Of a stretch of 43,804 nucleotides of DNA, positions 1 through 9,554 are shown one piece after another. The notes under the pieces are model-generated. The model made no database searches, had not been told where the DNA came from, and saw nothing but the letters and a program-made list of their open reading frames with translations. This stretch comes from Synechococcus sp. (GTDB taxonomy: Bacteria > Cyanobacteriota > Cyanobacteriia > Thermostichales > PCC-7336): assembly GCA_051439425.1 (NCBI GenBank), contig JBFRWD010000098.1, positions 1 to 43,804 on the forward strand. The letters run 5' to 3'. Position 1 is the first letter of the stretch. Each line of letters starts with the position of its first letter. The position numbers and the translations under genes are program-made.

Positions 1-144
1 CCCATGCGGCAGTGGGATGTGGGTAGAGAATTTCGACTGCGGCTTAAAAAATCGTTTGACGAAGCTGGTATCACAATCCCATTCCCCCAACAATCCGTGT
101 GGATAGAGAGTGCACGACCAACTGATATTGATGAGGTCATGTAA
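1..144 (+). CDS. 3' end of MscS-family mechanosensitive channel (partial, runs off window)
   Basis: Frame 1 reads PMRQWDVGREFRLRLKKSFDEAGITIPFPQQSVWI...* (TAA at 142-144); the 'FDEAGITIPFPQ' motif is typical of MscS C-termini. Confidence 0.8.
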   Translation, partial: PMRQWDVGREFRLRLKKSFDEAGITIPFPQQSVWIESARPTDIDEVM

Positions 145-179
145 CTTCGATTCTTCCGACGCTTGCTAACAGGACAAGG

Positions 180-404
180 AAATGTTTCAAATCAATGGGT
201 CATGCTCTGAGATTTCTTTCAACCTTTGAACCGATCCAGCGACACTTCCATCCGAGACGCCACTTGATGTCCGCAAATAACTATCGAGAAACCATGCGAT
301 CTCGCTTCCAAACCTGGAACCAGATCGCCCTGACATTTTCCTCTCAGACTGCTAAGGATTCTGACAGGATTGAGTTCTCAGCAGGAGCGATCGAGTATCA
401 ATGA
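180..404 (+). pseudogene. IS6-family transposase C-terminal relic
   Basis: KCFKSMGHALRFLSTFEPIQRHFHPRRHLMSANNYRETMRSRFQTW resembles the IS6 C-terminus (FKSxGHAxRFLS...HFxPRRH...YR...FQTW); no N-terminus upstream. Confidence 0.75.
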
Positions 405-515
405 GGCTGACAGCAACGCGATATACGGCAGCGAGAGTGGCAAGCCACTAGAGTAGCCAAAAGCTGTTCCATTCGATGGCGAGTTAAGCAACTTTGCTCT
501 CGCTATTGTTTATCG

Positions 516-2987
516 TTGACGTTCGGGGATTCTCCTTTGAGAGGACAACACCGCTCTTGCATAAGACTCCTGGCCGCAACCGTTGCAATCCTGCTGGCAA
601 TCTGGGCGATCGCCGCGTCCCAGATTGCCACTTCGCAAGATGCCAACTCTCAAGGTGTAAGTTCTCAATCTGTCCTGGCCAGCCAAGCTTATATTGTCAG
701 TCCATCGATCGTCGCAATCGAAATCGATCCGCCCCCCATTTCCTACGCTCAGCAGGTGCCCTATCAGCCCTCACCTCTCGATCGCACGGTGACCGAACGT
801 CAACACAACTGGGTAATGCGTGGCCCGAACGCGATTGGCTCGCTGGTCGGCCCCAACCAAGACATTCTCTATCCTTTCGAACGCTACACCCCTTCCACTC
901 TCGACGCCGACTGGCTAGATAAGCCAAATAGCTATCGCCTGACTTCAGGAGATTCGCCCGATACTCAGTCACAAAATAGCCAGATATCAATTGCACCCAC
1001 CCATGTCTATCGAAAAACAAAGCCCGTCGATATGGCACGCGTGGGCAAAAATAGATACCTTCATCCTCAGCACCACACCCTGTATCTGCAACTGCCGTCC
1101 TCGCTAGACAGCGATCGCTCCTACACCATTCACTTTGACGACCAAGCTCAAGACATCTACCCCTCCATCTCATTCCAATACCAACCCAACAGCCAACCCA
1201 GCGAAGCAGTCCACGTCTCTCAAATCGGCTTTCGCCCAGACGATCCGGTCAAAGTGGGCTTTTTATCGACATGGATGGGAACGGGAGGAGGTCTAAGCTA
1301 CTCCGAAGGTTTGCCATTCACTCTCATTGACACCAATACCGACGAGCACATATACAGCGGGGCTTCCACCCTGCGCCAACTCCGTAATTCTGCCCCCGTC
1401 AATCAACCCAAAGCGCTAACAGACGTCTACCAGTTAGATTTCAGTCCCGTCACGCGACCGGGAACCTACCGCCTGTGCGTCGATACAATCGGGTGTTCGA
1501 TGCCGTTCGAGATAGGCGATCGCACCTGGCTCGATGCCTTTTACACCTCGGTTCGTGGCTTCTACCACCAACGCAGCGGCATCGCTCTTGGCCCTCCCTA
1601 CACCGACGTTATCCGCCCCCGTCCGTTCCACCCGGATGATGGTCTGCAGGTGTTTCAGTCCACAACTCCCCTCATGGACACCAAGAACGGGATCAACGCT
1701 AAGGGCACCGATCCCAACAACTTTACCAATCTGGTCCGAGGCAAAACCGATGATATTGTCTCCAACGCGTGGGGAGGATATTTCGATGCCGGAGACTGGG
1801 ACCGTCGCATCCAGCACCTCGACGTCGCCAGTGGGCTGCTGGAATTGCTCGAACAATTCCCCGAATCACTAGCAACGCTATCCCTAAATGTTCCCGAGTC
1901 CGGCAACACCCTCCCCGATGTGTTGGATGAAGCCCTCTGGGGGATTGATTTCTTCAAACGCCTGCAAGCCGAGGATGGGGGCATTCGCGGTGGGATTGAA
2001 TCTGAAGCCCATCCCAGGCGGGGGGAAGCCAGTTGGCAAGAATCGCTAACCGTTATGGCCTATGCCCCTGGTCCTTGGTCGAGCTACATCTATGCAGGCG
2101 TTACCGCTAGAGCAGCCCGTCTAATGCAGCAATACGCCCCCAATCGGGTTGAGGATTATCGCCAAAGTGCTTGGCAGGCGATGAACTATGCCGAACAACG
2201 CCACCAACAGGGAATTGAGGCCCTGGATGCTCCTCGTGTCGTGATCGAAGCCGAACGAGCACTAGCAGCCTTAGAGTTCTACCAACTCACTGCCGATCCA
2301 AGCTGGCACGCCTTGTTTTTGGAGGCATTGGCAGACGCTGAAAATAACCCCGCCAGAGACTTTCGTAGCGGTAGGGCGTTGAGAAATCTGGCGTTTGTAT
2401 ACGCACGCCTGCCGGATAACCGCGTAGATGTAGCCGTACAGAAACGTCTGCGAGATGGCATTGTGCGACACGCCGATCGCGTTGCCAAATATGGCTCCCA
2501 AACGGACTATGGGTGGACCCAGCTTGACCCAGGAGTCAAAGTGGGATGGAGTGGTGGACTGGGCTCTCCCAAGGTAACGACGCTCTTGCGGGCGTATTCG
2601 CTGACCGACAATCCCGAATACTTGCGATCGGCTGTCTTAGCCTGCCAGTTTTCTGCCGGGGCCAACCCAGCCAATACAACCTTCACCACTGGCTTAGGGC
2701 TGCGTCATCCGCAACACCCTTTATCTGTCGATCCGCGCATCATGGGCAAATCTCCACCACCTGGAATTACGGTGTACGGCCCCATCGATCCGAGGTCCTA
2801 CGGCAATTACTGGATGTTTGATGTCTTTCAAGACCAAGCCACGCCCCCCGCTCGTCAATGGCCCGCCGTCGAGACCTACTTTGATGTGTATCGGATTCCT
2901 GCGGTCAATGAATTCACGGTCATGCAATCCATGCTGGATGCCACATACGCATGGGGGTATTTGGGCGCTCGCGATTCACACTCGTAA
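516..2987 (+). CDS. Secreted glycoside hydrolase family 9 (endoglucanase) with Ig-like domain and long N-terminal extension
   Basis: Hydrophobic signal/anchor LLAATVAILLAIWAIAA; Ig-like start VHVSQIGFRPDDPVK; GH9 motifs FYHQRSG, GGYFDAGDWD, GANP, C-terminal NEFTV. Start codon uncertain. Confidence 0.85.
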   Translation: MTFGDSPLRGQHRSCIRLLAATVAILLAIWAIAASQIATSQDANSQGVSSQSVLASQAYIVSPSIVAIEIDPPPISYAQQVPYQPSPLDRTVTERQHNWVMRGPNAIGSLVGPNQDILYPFERYTPSTLDADWLDKPNSYRLTSGDSPDTQSQNSQISIAPTHVYRKTKPVDMARVGKNRYLHPQHHTLYLQLPSSLDSDRSYTIHFDDQAQDIYPSISFQYQPNSQPSEAVHVSQIGFRPDDPVKVGFLSTWMGTGGGLSYSEGLPFTLIDTNTDEHIYSGASTLRQLRNSAPVNQPKALTDVYQLDFSPVTRPGTYRLCVDTIGCSMPFEIGDRTWLDAFYTSVRGFYHQRSGIALGPPYTDVIRPRPFHPDDGLQVFQSTTPLMDTKNGINAKGTDPNNFTNLVRGKTDDIVSNAWGGYFDAGDWDRRIQHLDVASGLLELLEQFPESLATLSLNVPESGNTLPDVLDEALWGIDFFKRLQAEDGGIRGGIESEAHPRRGEASWQESLTVMAYAPGPWSSYIYAGVTARAARLMQQYAPNRVEDYRQSAWQAMNYAEQRHQQGIEALDAPRVVIEAERALAALEFYQLTADPSWHALFLEALADAENNPARDFRSGRALRNLAFVYARLPDNRVDVAVQKRLRDGIVRHADRVAKYGSQTDYGWTQLDPGVKVGWSGGLGSPKVTTLLRAYSLTDNPEYLRSAVLACQFSAGANPANTTFTTGLGLRHPQHPLSVDPRIMGKSPPPGITVYGPIDPRSYGNYWMFDVFQDQATPPARQWPAVETYFDVYRIPAVNEFTVMQSMLDATYAWGYLGARDSHS

Positions 2988-3092
2988 GTAGCTAGGATTT
3001 CTTTCTTGTTTTTTCTAGTTTGGATATTCTCTCGCCAATATTTCTTCAGTTTTCTTGAGAGCAAATACGTTGGGAGCAAATGCTAGTTTCTG

Positions 3093-4313
3093 CTAGCTGG
3101 GGTTCAGCAATTCTGATACTCGAATGGCCGAGACGATCGCCCCTTCGTGCAGACCATCACCCAAGTAAGCACCGACATGGTAGGTGTGATTGTCTCCATT
3201 GGTGGCAATAATGTCTTTCCGAGTCCGAAACGCGTCAACAGTATAGAGAGGGGTGCTGTGCTCTTGGATGTGAACGATCGCATCAGGAGCGATCGAGCGT
3301 TGTAGATTAAACGCCAAACTGTAGTGCGGTGGAGATTGAATATCGCACAAGTGATTTAAATAGGCGTTATATCCCCAGCCATCAAGACCTTGAAAGAAAT
3401 CAAATTCAGAGTAGGCTTGAATGCCGTAAGTCTCGTACATTGAGGTGTCGGAATGCAGAATGGTTTCAATCCGATTGTCCTGCCAGGAGCCAAACCGCCG
3501 GATTTCTGCATCGCTGGGGTCTGCGAGTAACGTTAAAACCCGATCTGGAGGGGTGGCGAAAACTACTTTATCGAAGTCAAGAGATGAACCGTCAGCCATT
3601 TGAATACGGACAGAATTGTCGAGTCTGTCGATGGCCGAAATGTTAGCGTTGAGATGAATCGTGCCGCTAAATCGTTGCACAATTTTTTCGATATAGGTAT
3701 AGACTCCTCCGTTAACCCTGACCCACTTCGCAAATATATAATCCTTCAGGGCTGGAATGACTAATTCAGCCGGGCAGCGATCGATGGATTCAAACGCCAT
3801 CGAGTAGCTATACATCGCTAGTAATTTAATCCAACAATTCCGAATACAACGACGGCTCAAGTAATCAGACAGGGGGCGATTGTGTAACCCTTCTGTATGC
3901 ATAAATCGGCTGCGGAGCCAAAAGCCAGCCGAACGAGCATAAACGGTATCGAGCCTGAGATATTCGAAGAGTCTTTTCATCCCCGAGAAATTGCGTTGGA
4001 TGGAGCGGGTGGAGAGAATGTAGCGACCGTCTTTCAAAAAGACTCCGGAACCAATCTTGACGGGTTCGACCTCCACCTCCAAGTCTTGCATTAGTGCTAA
4101 GAAGTTTCGGAAGGCAACCGGAAATTCCAAGACACCATTTTCCAAGATCGCACTGGAGTTAGCCCGATTGGGCCGCACGTTTTTATTCAAGGTGCGAATG
4201 TGACCGCCTAGTACCGGCTCCCGTTCAAATACCGTCACACCATGCCCCTGGCGATCGAGCAGGTACGCAGCGACCATCCCACTGGCTCCACCTCCAACAA
4301 TTGCGATACGCAT
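3093..4313 (-). CDS. FAD-dependent oxidoreductase (amine oxidase-like NAD/FAD-binding family)
   Basis: MRIAIVGGGASG dinucleotide fold, FERxxxLGGH, FDKVVFATPPD, GAYLGDGLHEGAI. Confidence 0.85.
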   Translation of the reverse strand: MRIAIVGGGASGMVAAYLLDRQGHGVTVFEREPVLGGHIRTLNKNVRPNRANSSAILENGVLEFPVAFRNFLALMQDLEVEVEPVKIGSGVFLKDGRYILSTRSIQRNFSGMKRLFEYLRLDTVYARSAGFWLRSRFMHTEGLHNRPLSDYLSRRCIRNCWIKLLAMYSYSMAFESIDRCPAELVIPALKDYIFAKWVRVNGGVYTYIEKIVQRFSGTIHLNANISAIDRLDNSVRIQMADGSSLDFDKVVFATPPDRVLTLLADPSDAEIRRFGSWQDNRIETILHSDTSMYETYGIQAYSEFDFFQGLDGWGYNAYLNHLCDIQSPPHYSLAFNLQRSIAPDAIVHIQEHSTPLYTVDAFRTRKDIIATNGDNHTYHVGAYLGDGLHEGAIVSAIRVSELLNPS

Positions 4314-4366
4314 GCATTCCCATCTAACTCATCGGTTTCAAGGGTAAGAAGTACGTCAAAAACATC

Positions 4367-5947
4367 TCAGCCTAACAGTGCATCTCCAGACAGCCGCTGA
4401 TACAGTAGAGCACCCGTCCAAAACGTTGCTGCAAAACCAGGGTAACCAGACGAAGCATTGCAGAAATAAAAGTTCTCAAGTGAGGATTGGTGGTTCAGAC
4501 GGCCCAGTCCCATATTACGAGGGGTCAGGCTGGAACCATACGAATTTCCGCTCGGACACCAGCAAAAGCGCTCATTTGTGGTTGGGGTGCCGGAAATGGC
4601 AAACACTAAATGCTCTCTAAGTCCGGGAATGTATTGCTGTTCGACCGTATCGAGGATTGAATTTAGAATCTCTTCCTTCTTCTGGTTGTATTCTTTACGA
4701 CTCGTTTCTAGAAGCTGTTTGAAGTACTTGTAGTTCGCGACCGTGAGAAATTCAATAATTTGGCAATCTTCCGGGCAATCTCGAACGGAATCTGTCAATA
4801 GCGTTGGAGTTGTAATGGCAAAGCTAGGATTCGAATAATCAGCGTCCTCATACATTGCTGCGAATGCTTGATTTAAGTCGGGGTGGCCCGAGTGAAACAG
4901 ATTGGTCTTGCCAAATCCATAGTCCCTTAGATCTAAATCTTTGACGACACAGTAAGCCATAAAATTAGACGGGGAGTAATCATAATCGAGTTTTTTGCGA
5001 ACTGCTGGAGAAAAGCGATCGCGCCCAATCAATTGGGCCGCCTTCTGGGGATCCATGTTGCAAATAATGGTTTCCCCCACAAATTGTTGAGGTTCGTTCG
5101 ATCGCACATCTCGTGCCATCACTCCAATGACTCGCCGCCCCTCAACATAAAATTCCGTGACTTCATGATTGAGGATGACTGTTCCCCCATGTTTCTCAAT
5201 GACCTCAACAAGTGAGTCGATAACAAAATCAAAGTGTTTGGTGGGATAAAAAGCTCCCTCTTGATACCCCGTAAACAAAATCACCCAAGCATAGAATGAC
5301 AGTTGGTCGGGTGGGAGCATAAAATCAGGCCACTGCAAAGCTAGGAGTGTTTGGGCTGGGAGCGGCAACTGAAATTTATCGAAGACCTGCTGCAGCGTAC
5401 TGTTGAGATATTGAATTGTACTCAGAACGATAGGCAACTGTCGCAATAGCTTGACTGGTGAAATCGGGGGAGCCAATATCTTGAGCCCCTGCCGCACCCG
5501 TTGCACCTCAAGAACGAAATCTCGGAGGCGATCGCTACTGTCAGGAAATAGTTCGGTCAACCGTCGAATTAACTCTTGAGAATCGGAGGGGATATCGAGC
5601 GAGTATCCCGGCATTCGCATGCGATCGAAGCCAATGGGATCGTATCGTTCAAATGTGACAGCGTCCTCCAAGTTCAGCTTTTTTAAGACTCGGTTGACAG
5701 TATTTCCTTCACCGCAGTCCCAAACATAATGCAATTGAGCATTGAACGTATACTTCTTCGCCATCGTAAATGAATGACCGAAGCCCCCGACATGTTCGTG
5801 AGCTTCCAAGATTTGTACGGTTTTGCCCGCCTGAGCCATCAGCGCTCCAAAGACAAGTGCTGATAGTCCGCTGCCAACGATCAGATAGTCGGGATTCCTA
5901 AGCTCAGAGGGTAGGTTGGTATCTAATGGAGTTTCAATTTGAAGCAT
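4367..5947 (-). CDS. Phytoene desaturase / retinol saturase-like FAD oxidoreductase
   Basis: LIVGSGLSAL, LEAHEHVGG, GTPTTNERF...GNSYG, LENFYFCNASSGYPG pattern of the CrtI/RetSat-like family. Confidence 0.8.
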   Translation of the reverse strand: MLQIETPLDTNLPSELRNPDYLIVGSGLSALVFGALMAQAGKTVQILEAHEHVGGFGHSFTMAKKYTFNAQLHYVWDCGEGNTVNRVLKKLNLEDAVTFERYDPIGFDRMRMPGYSLDIPSDSQELIRRLTELFPDSSDRLRDFVLEVQRVRQGLKILAPPISPVKLLRQLPIVLSTIQYLNSTLQQVFDKFQLPLPAQTLLALQWPDFMLPPDQLSFYAWVILFTGYQEGAFYPTKHFDFVIDSLVEVIEKHGGTVILNHEVTEFYVEGRRVIGVMARDVRSNEPQQFVGETIICNMDPQKAAQLIGRDRFSPAVRKKLDYDYSPSNFMAYCVVKDLDLRDYGFGKTNLFHSGHPDLNQAFAAMYEDADYSNPSFAITTPTLLTDSVRDCPEDCQIIEFLTVANYKYFKQLLETSRKEYNQKKEEILNSILDTVEQQYIPGLREHLVFAISGTPTTNERFCWCPSGNSYGSSLTPRNMGLGRLNHQSSLENFYFCNASSGYPGFAATFWTGALLYQRLSGDALLG

Positions 5948-6124
5948 GGGTTGAATCTATACATAAACTATTTCTTGAACTTCAAATCAGATCGAGAGTA
6001 AGATTCTTTTCCCTAATTTAGTCATTTTACTTTTTTTACACCTCTTCATTTGTCTATGGATTATCGAAGTTGATGTAACTCAAACGTTCTAGACTTTAAT
6101 ACAAGGGGGAGTTTACGAGCAAAG

Positions 6125-6358
6125 TTAAATATTGCCTTTGGAAGAGGGTGAGATTTCAATTCCTTCAGACCTTCTAAAAACGTTCAGATCGCGAATATCG
6201 ACTCTAGCCTCTTGACACGCACCTAATAAAGCAGATGTGAAGGCTTCAACATTCGATTGATACCCACATTGATAGGTTGTAGTCTGCAACCCATTTTCCA
6301 GATTTGCTTCAGCACAATCAATCAATAAAATTCCCTTGAGGGGCTTAAGTGATGCCAT
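6125..6358 (-). CDS. Small conserved cyanobacterial hypothetical protein
   Basis: MASLKPLKGILLIDCAEAN...QCGY...F...L..AC pattern recalls a family of ~80-aa cyanobacterial hypotheticals; ATG at 6358. Confidence 0.6.
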   Translation of the reverse strand: MASLKPLKGILLIDCAEANLENGLQTTTYQCGYQSNVEAFTSALLGACQEARVDIRDLNVFRRSEGIEISPSSKGNI

Positions 6359-6532
6359 AATTAGCACCCAAGTGACTTTATCGTTAATATATCCTAACTA
6401 TTTGAGGTTCTCATGAGGCTGAAAAAAAGAGTCTTTCCAATATTATTTTTGGCTTCTACCCCATTAGAATTATCTTTTTACAAGATTAAAGATTCTTAGT
6501 ATTTCCCATCGGTTTGATTGCATACATGCTGC

Positions 6533-6721
6533 CGAAATCAATATCATTCAGAACTGTGATGTTATGGAAACAGTAGGCTTGCTTGGGTGGGGGAAAAATT
6601 GCCCTAGCGCCCAAGTCTCCCCTGGAGGGAGGGTGACATGGAGATCGGATTGCGCTCGAATTACCCAGGACCAACCTTGATGACAAAACCAACGAATCAA
6701 AGCGTCATGCTCAAAGCCTAA
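6533..6721 (-). pseudogene. Frameshifted DDE transposase fragment (IS4-like)
   Basis: GFEHDALIRWFCHQGWSWVIRAQSDLHVTL resembles the (D)RGF...W...IR.K segment after the second Asp of IS4-like transposases; it continues in another frame as IFPPPKQAYCFHNITVL. Confidence 0.5.
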
Positions 6722-6944
6722 ACGCACAAGGTCTGGAGTTAAAGCCATTTAGCCTGTCTAAAAACAAAATACTGTCAGAGGAATCGCTCGGACTGCTTGC
6801 ATCGCTTTACAGCTTTGCGTCCGAGAAAATACTCGTTCTGGTGCCAAACAGTGCGTAGAGTAGAATCGCATCTGGAGCACAACGGCCTGCCAGAAGGGGA
6901 TAAAGCTCTCTAAAGTTGATAGCACTATTGCCAGTCAAACACCG

Positions 6945-7490
6945 ATGCGTAAACGTCGTGGAGCAATCTCTATTCTGTTTGGCGTATCGAGCGTCCTAGC
7001 GACTCTCTGGTTGGGGGGATCGCTTTACGAACGGCTCGATGCCACACCTAGCGACACCAGAGTTGTTGCGGCACAAATGAATTTGTCGAAACTTGCGCTG
7101 GAGATGGTTAACACAGACCGCGATCGCCAAGGGCTCACCCCTCTGGCAGCCCATCCAATTTTGATGCAAGTGGCACAGCTACATGCCGAAGACATGCTGG
7201 AGCGGGGATATTTTAGCCACTCCAACCCCGACGGAGCGCTGCCCGGATATCGAGTGGAAATTGCCGGTGGGTCCTTTATCGCAATAGCAGAAAATATTTT
7301 TACGGTCAGCGGTCCGAACGCTAATGTGTCCCCGGAAATCGTGCAACAATTCCAAGCCGGATGGATGGACAGTCCCAATCATCGCACTAACATTCTTTCG
7401 GCCAATTACACTCACTTTGGCTACGGAATTGTGGCCGCAGGTGGGCAAGCCTACGGTGTCCAGTTGTTTGGACAGCCGATGGCAAAGTAG
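6945..7490 (+). CDS. CAP/SCP domain-containing exported protein
   Basis: N-terminal TM/signal; VNTDR...GL, AQLHAEDM, YFSHSNPDG, AENI, WMDSPNHRTNIL. Confidence 0.9.
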   Translation: MRKRRGAISILFGVSSVLATLWLGGSLYERLDATPSDTRVVAAQMNLSKLALEMVNTDRDRQGLTPLAAHPILMQVAQLHAEDMLERGYFSHSNPDGALPGYRVEIAGGSFIAIAENIFTVSGPNANVSPEIVQQFQAGWMDSPNHRTNILSANYTHFGYGIVAAGGQAYGVQLFGQPMAK

Positions 7491-7575
7491 ACAGCGAAAA
7501 ACTGAGCGACATCAAACCGAATGGAGCCAAGCCAAGCCGAACCCAGCTCAACGACACTCTGAGCAAAACAACACT

Positions 7576-9213
7576 CTACGTAAATCGCTTTTCCAAGAGA
7601 TGGGCCGACAGGCGGTAACCAAACTGCTGTTCGAAGACGAGCTTTTTAAAATCCAATGCCCACAACTCCAAACTGCAATCATCGTTGCGTTTGATCGGAG
7701 TAAGGTCCAAATAAACTGTCTTAGCCTTTCTATCAATTTCAACGTTGACTGATGCGATCGCCGGGATGGGACGGCGGTGCAGGGCTGTCGCCAAGCGGAG
7801 AAACGTGCTGAGTTCGGCCACCATTTTTCGATAATTGTCGTCCGGTAGATTTTGAAATCCTTCGTGTTTCTTTTTAGGAGCGGATTTGCGGTGGTAGCGA
7901 GCAATATTAGCGATCGCCTCGATTTCTTCTTCGCTAAATCCCAACAATTCTCCATTGCGAATCAAATAATAGCTGTGCTTGTGGTGGGCAGAGTGACTGA
8001 CAAAGTGACCGCTGTTATGCAAGATAGTTGCGGCCCACAGCAGCTCCCGTTCTCGATCGCCCCACTGGTGCAGGATTGATTGAGTGCGATCGAACAAGCA
8101 GGTGGCAAAATCCGCCACCCGTTCGGAAAAGGGGATGTCTACCTTAAACTTTTTGGCCATGCGGTAGACGTGACGTCGTCGCACCTGCGACTGAAACCGC
8201 AGCCGATCTTCAATCAGGTTCTGGGTCAACATCCAATTGACCACCAACCCTTCTCGCAACGCCCGCTCGCACACCGAAATTTCGGTCGCGCCTAATGACT
8301 TAAGCACCTCCTGCAAAATGGCTGCCCCCGCCACAATAATCTCTGCCCGCCGCTCGTTCATTCCGGGAATCTTGGCCCGTTCGGCTGCTGTCATGCCGAG
8401 CATGCGATCGATCAGCTTGCGCAGTCCATTCGTGTCAAACGTGTAGCCGTGCAAATTCGATGGCTCTTCACCGCGAATGTGAGCATCTGCAGCGGCAAGA
8501 GCCTCAATCGTCCCCGATGTGCCTATAACGCGAATCGGAACATTCGGCTCCAGTCCGGACAACAGTGAGGCAATCTGCTCGGTAGGCCGCTCCACCATAC
8601 CGTTGATGTAATTTTGCAGTCGCTTGAATTCTTTACTAGCAGGAGGATCGCAGGTCAAGAATTGACGAGTCAGCCGTACCGCGCCCACCTTAACGCTGCG
8701 CAGAAATAGAGCCTCTTCTCCCGTCCCTAAAATCAATTCGGTAGACCCACCTCCAATGTCGATAATGACGTGGGGTTTCCCTTCCAGCGGCACAGCCGAT
8801 AGAACGCCAAGATAAATTCGACGGGCTTCTTCTTGTCCGGAAATCAGATCGATTTCTAGCCCTAACTGCTGCTGAATGCGTTCTAAGAATGCCTGACCGT
8901 TAGGAGCTTCGCGGGTGGCGCTAGTCGCAGCAGCAACGATCGCCTCTGCTTGATAAGACTCTGCTAAGGCAATTGCCCGTTCCAAAGCAGCAATCGTCCG
9001 ATCCATTCCCTCTGTGGTCAGCCAACCTCGCCCGTCAGTTTCCCCTAGCCGAACGGTCGCTTTCTCCCGAGCAATCACATTAAAGCTCGGAGTTGCCGGG
9101 TCTACTTCCACAATCACGGTGTGTAGGGAATTGGTTCCCATGTCGATGGCCGCAATGATCCGCGGCCGGTTGAGCGTAGATGTATGGCGAGAGGTAGGGG
9201 CAGTCAGGGGCAT
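7576..9213 (-). CDS. ppx: Exopolyphosphatase Ppx/GppA
   Basis: AAIDMGTNS, ATSATREAPN, ISGQEEAR, DIGGGSTE, ALREG, plus C-terminal HD-like domain (HHKHSYYLI). Confidence 0.92.
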   Translation of the reverse strand: MPLTAPTSRHTSTLNRPRIIAAIDMGTNSLHTVIVEVDPATPSFNVIAREKATVRLGETDGRGWLTTEGMDRTIAALERAIALAESYQAEAIVAAATSATREAPNGQAFLERIQQQLGLEIDLISGQEEARRIYLGVLSAVPLEGKPHVIIDIGGGSTELILGTGEEALFLRSVKVGAVRLTRQFLTCDPPASKEFKRLQNYINGMVERPTEQIASLLSGLEPNVPIRVIGTSGTIEALAAADAHIRGEEPSNLHGYTFDTNGLRKLIDRMLGMTAAERAKIPGMNERRAEIIVAGAAILQEVLKSLGATEISVCERALREGLVVNWMLTQNLIEDRLRFQSQVRRRHVYRMAKKFKVDIPFSERVADFATCLFDRTQSILHQWGDRERELLWAATILHNSGHFVSHSAHHKHSYYLIRNGELLGFSEEEIEAIANIARYHRKSAPKKKHEGFQNLPDDNYRKMVAELSTFLRLATALHRRPIPAIASVNVEIDRKAKTVYLDLTPIKRNDDCSLELWALDFKKLVFEQQFGYRLSAHLLEKRFT

Positions 9214-9554
9214 AAATCGCTAACAGAATTTGAAATGGTAAAGACCGCGATTAGAAAATCTTATCTTGGATACGGAAAACCCCAGCATCTTACCTAGAAA
9301 ATGTGTCCCCGAAGCTTGTTTATACTGAGTTCGCGTGTTGCAAACGGAGGGGATCGCTCCACTGGGTTGTCACAAACAGGCAGAACTGGCGTAGAGAGTC
9401 TCTAGTCTTTGAGAGCAAACTAGACGAGATTGCTATGCAACCCTATCCGAACAATCAGGTTATGTGCGAAGTTGATCGGTAGGCCACAGATGAATTGTTG
9501 AATCATTGCAACAGTTGACGGGCCATTTAATTTTCTTCAGCAGTAAGGTTTGCG

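Noticed and set aside
481..497. Right terminal repeat for the first IS6 relic (GAGTTAAGCAAC...)
   Set aside because: Only GTTAAG matches the ends seen at 28157 and 29539; too short to call.
6787..6845. Minus-strand GGACGCAAAGC motif reminiscent of a c-di-GMP-I (GEMM) riboswitch
   Set aside because: The upstream GGCAAA and GNRA-capped stem are missing (GGCACC...CGAGTAT instead) and only a transposase relic lies directly downstream. A plain CTCGGAC/GTCCGAG hairpin explains the sequence; an Rfam RF01051 scan would settle it.
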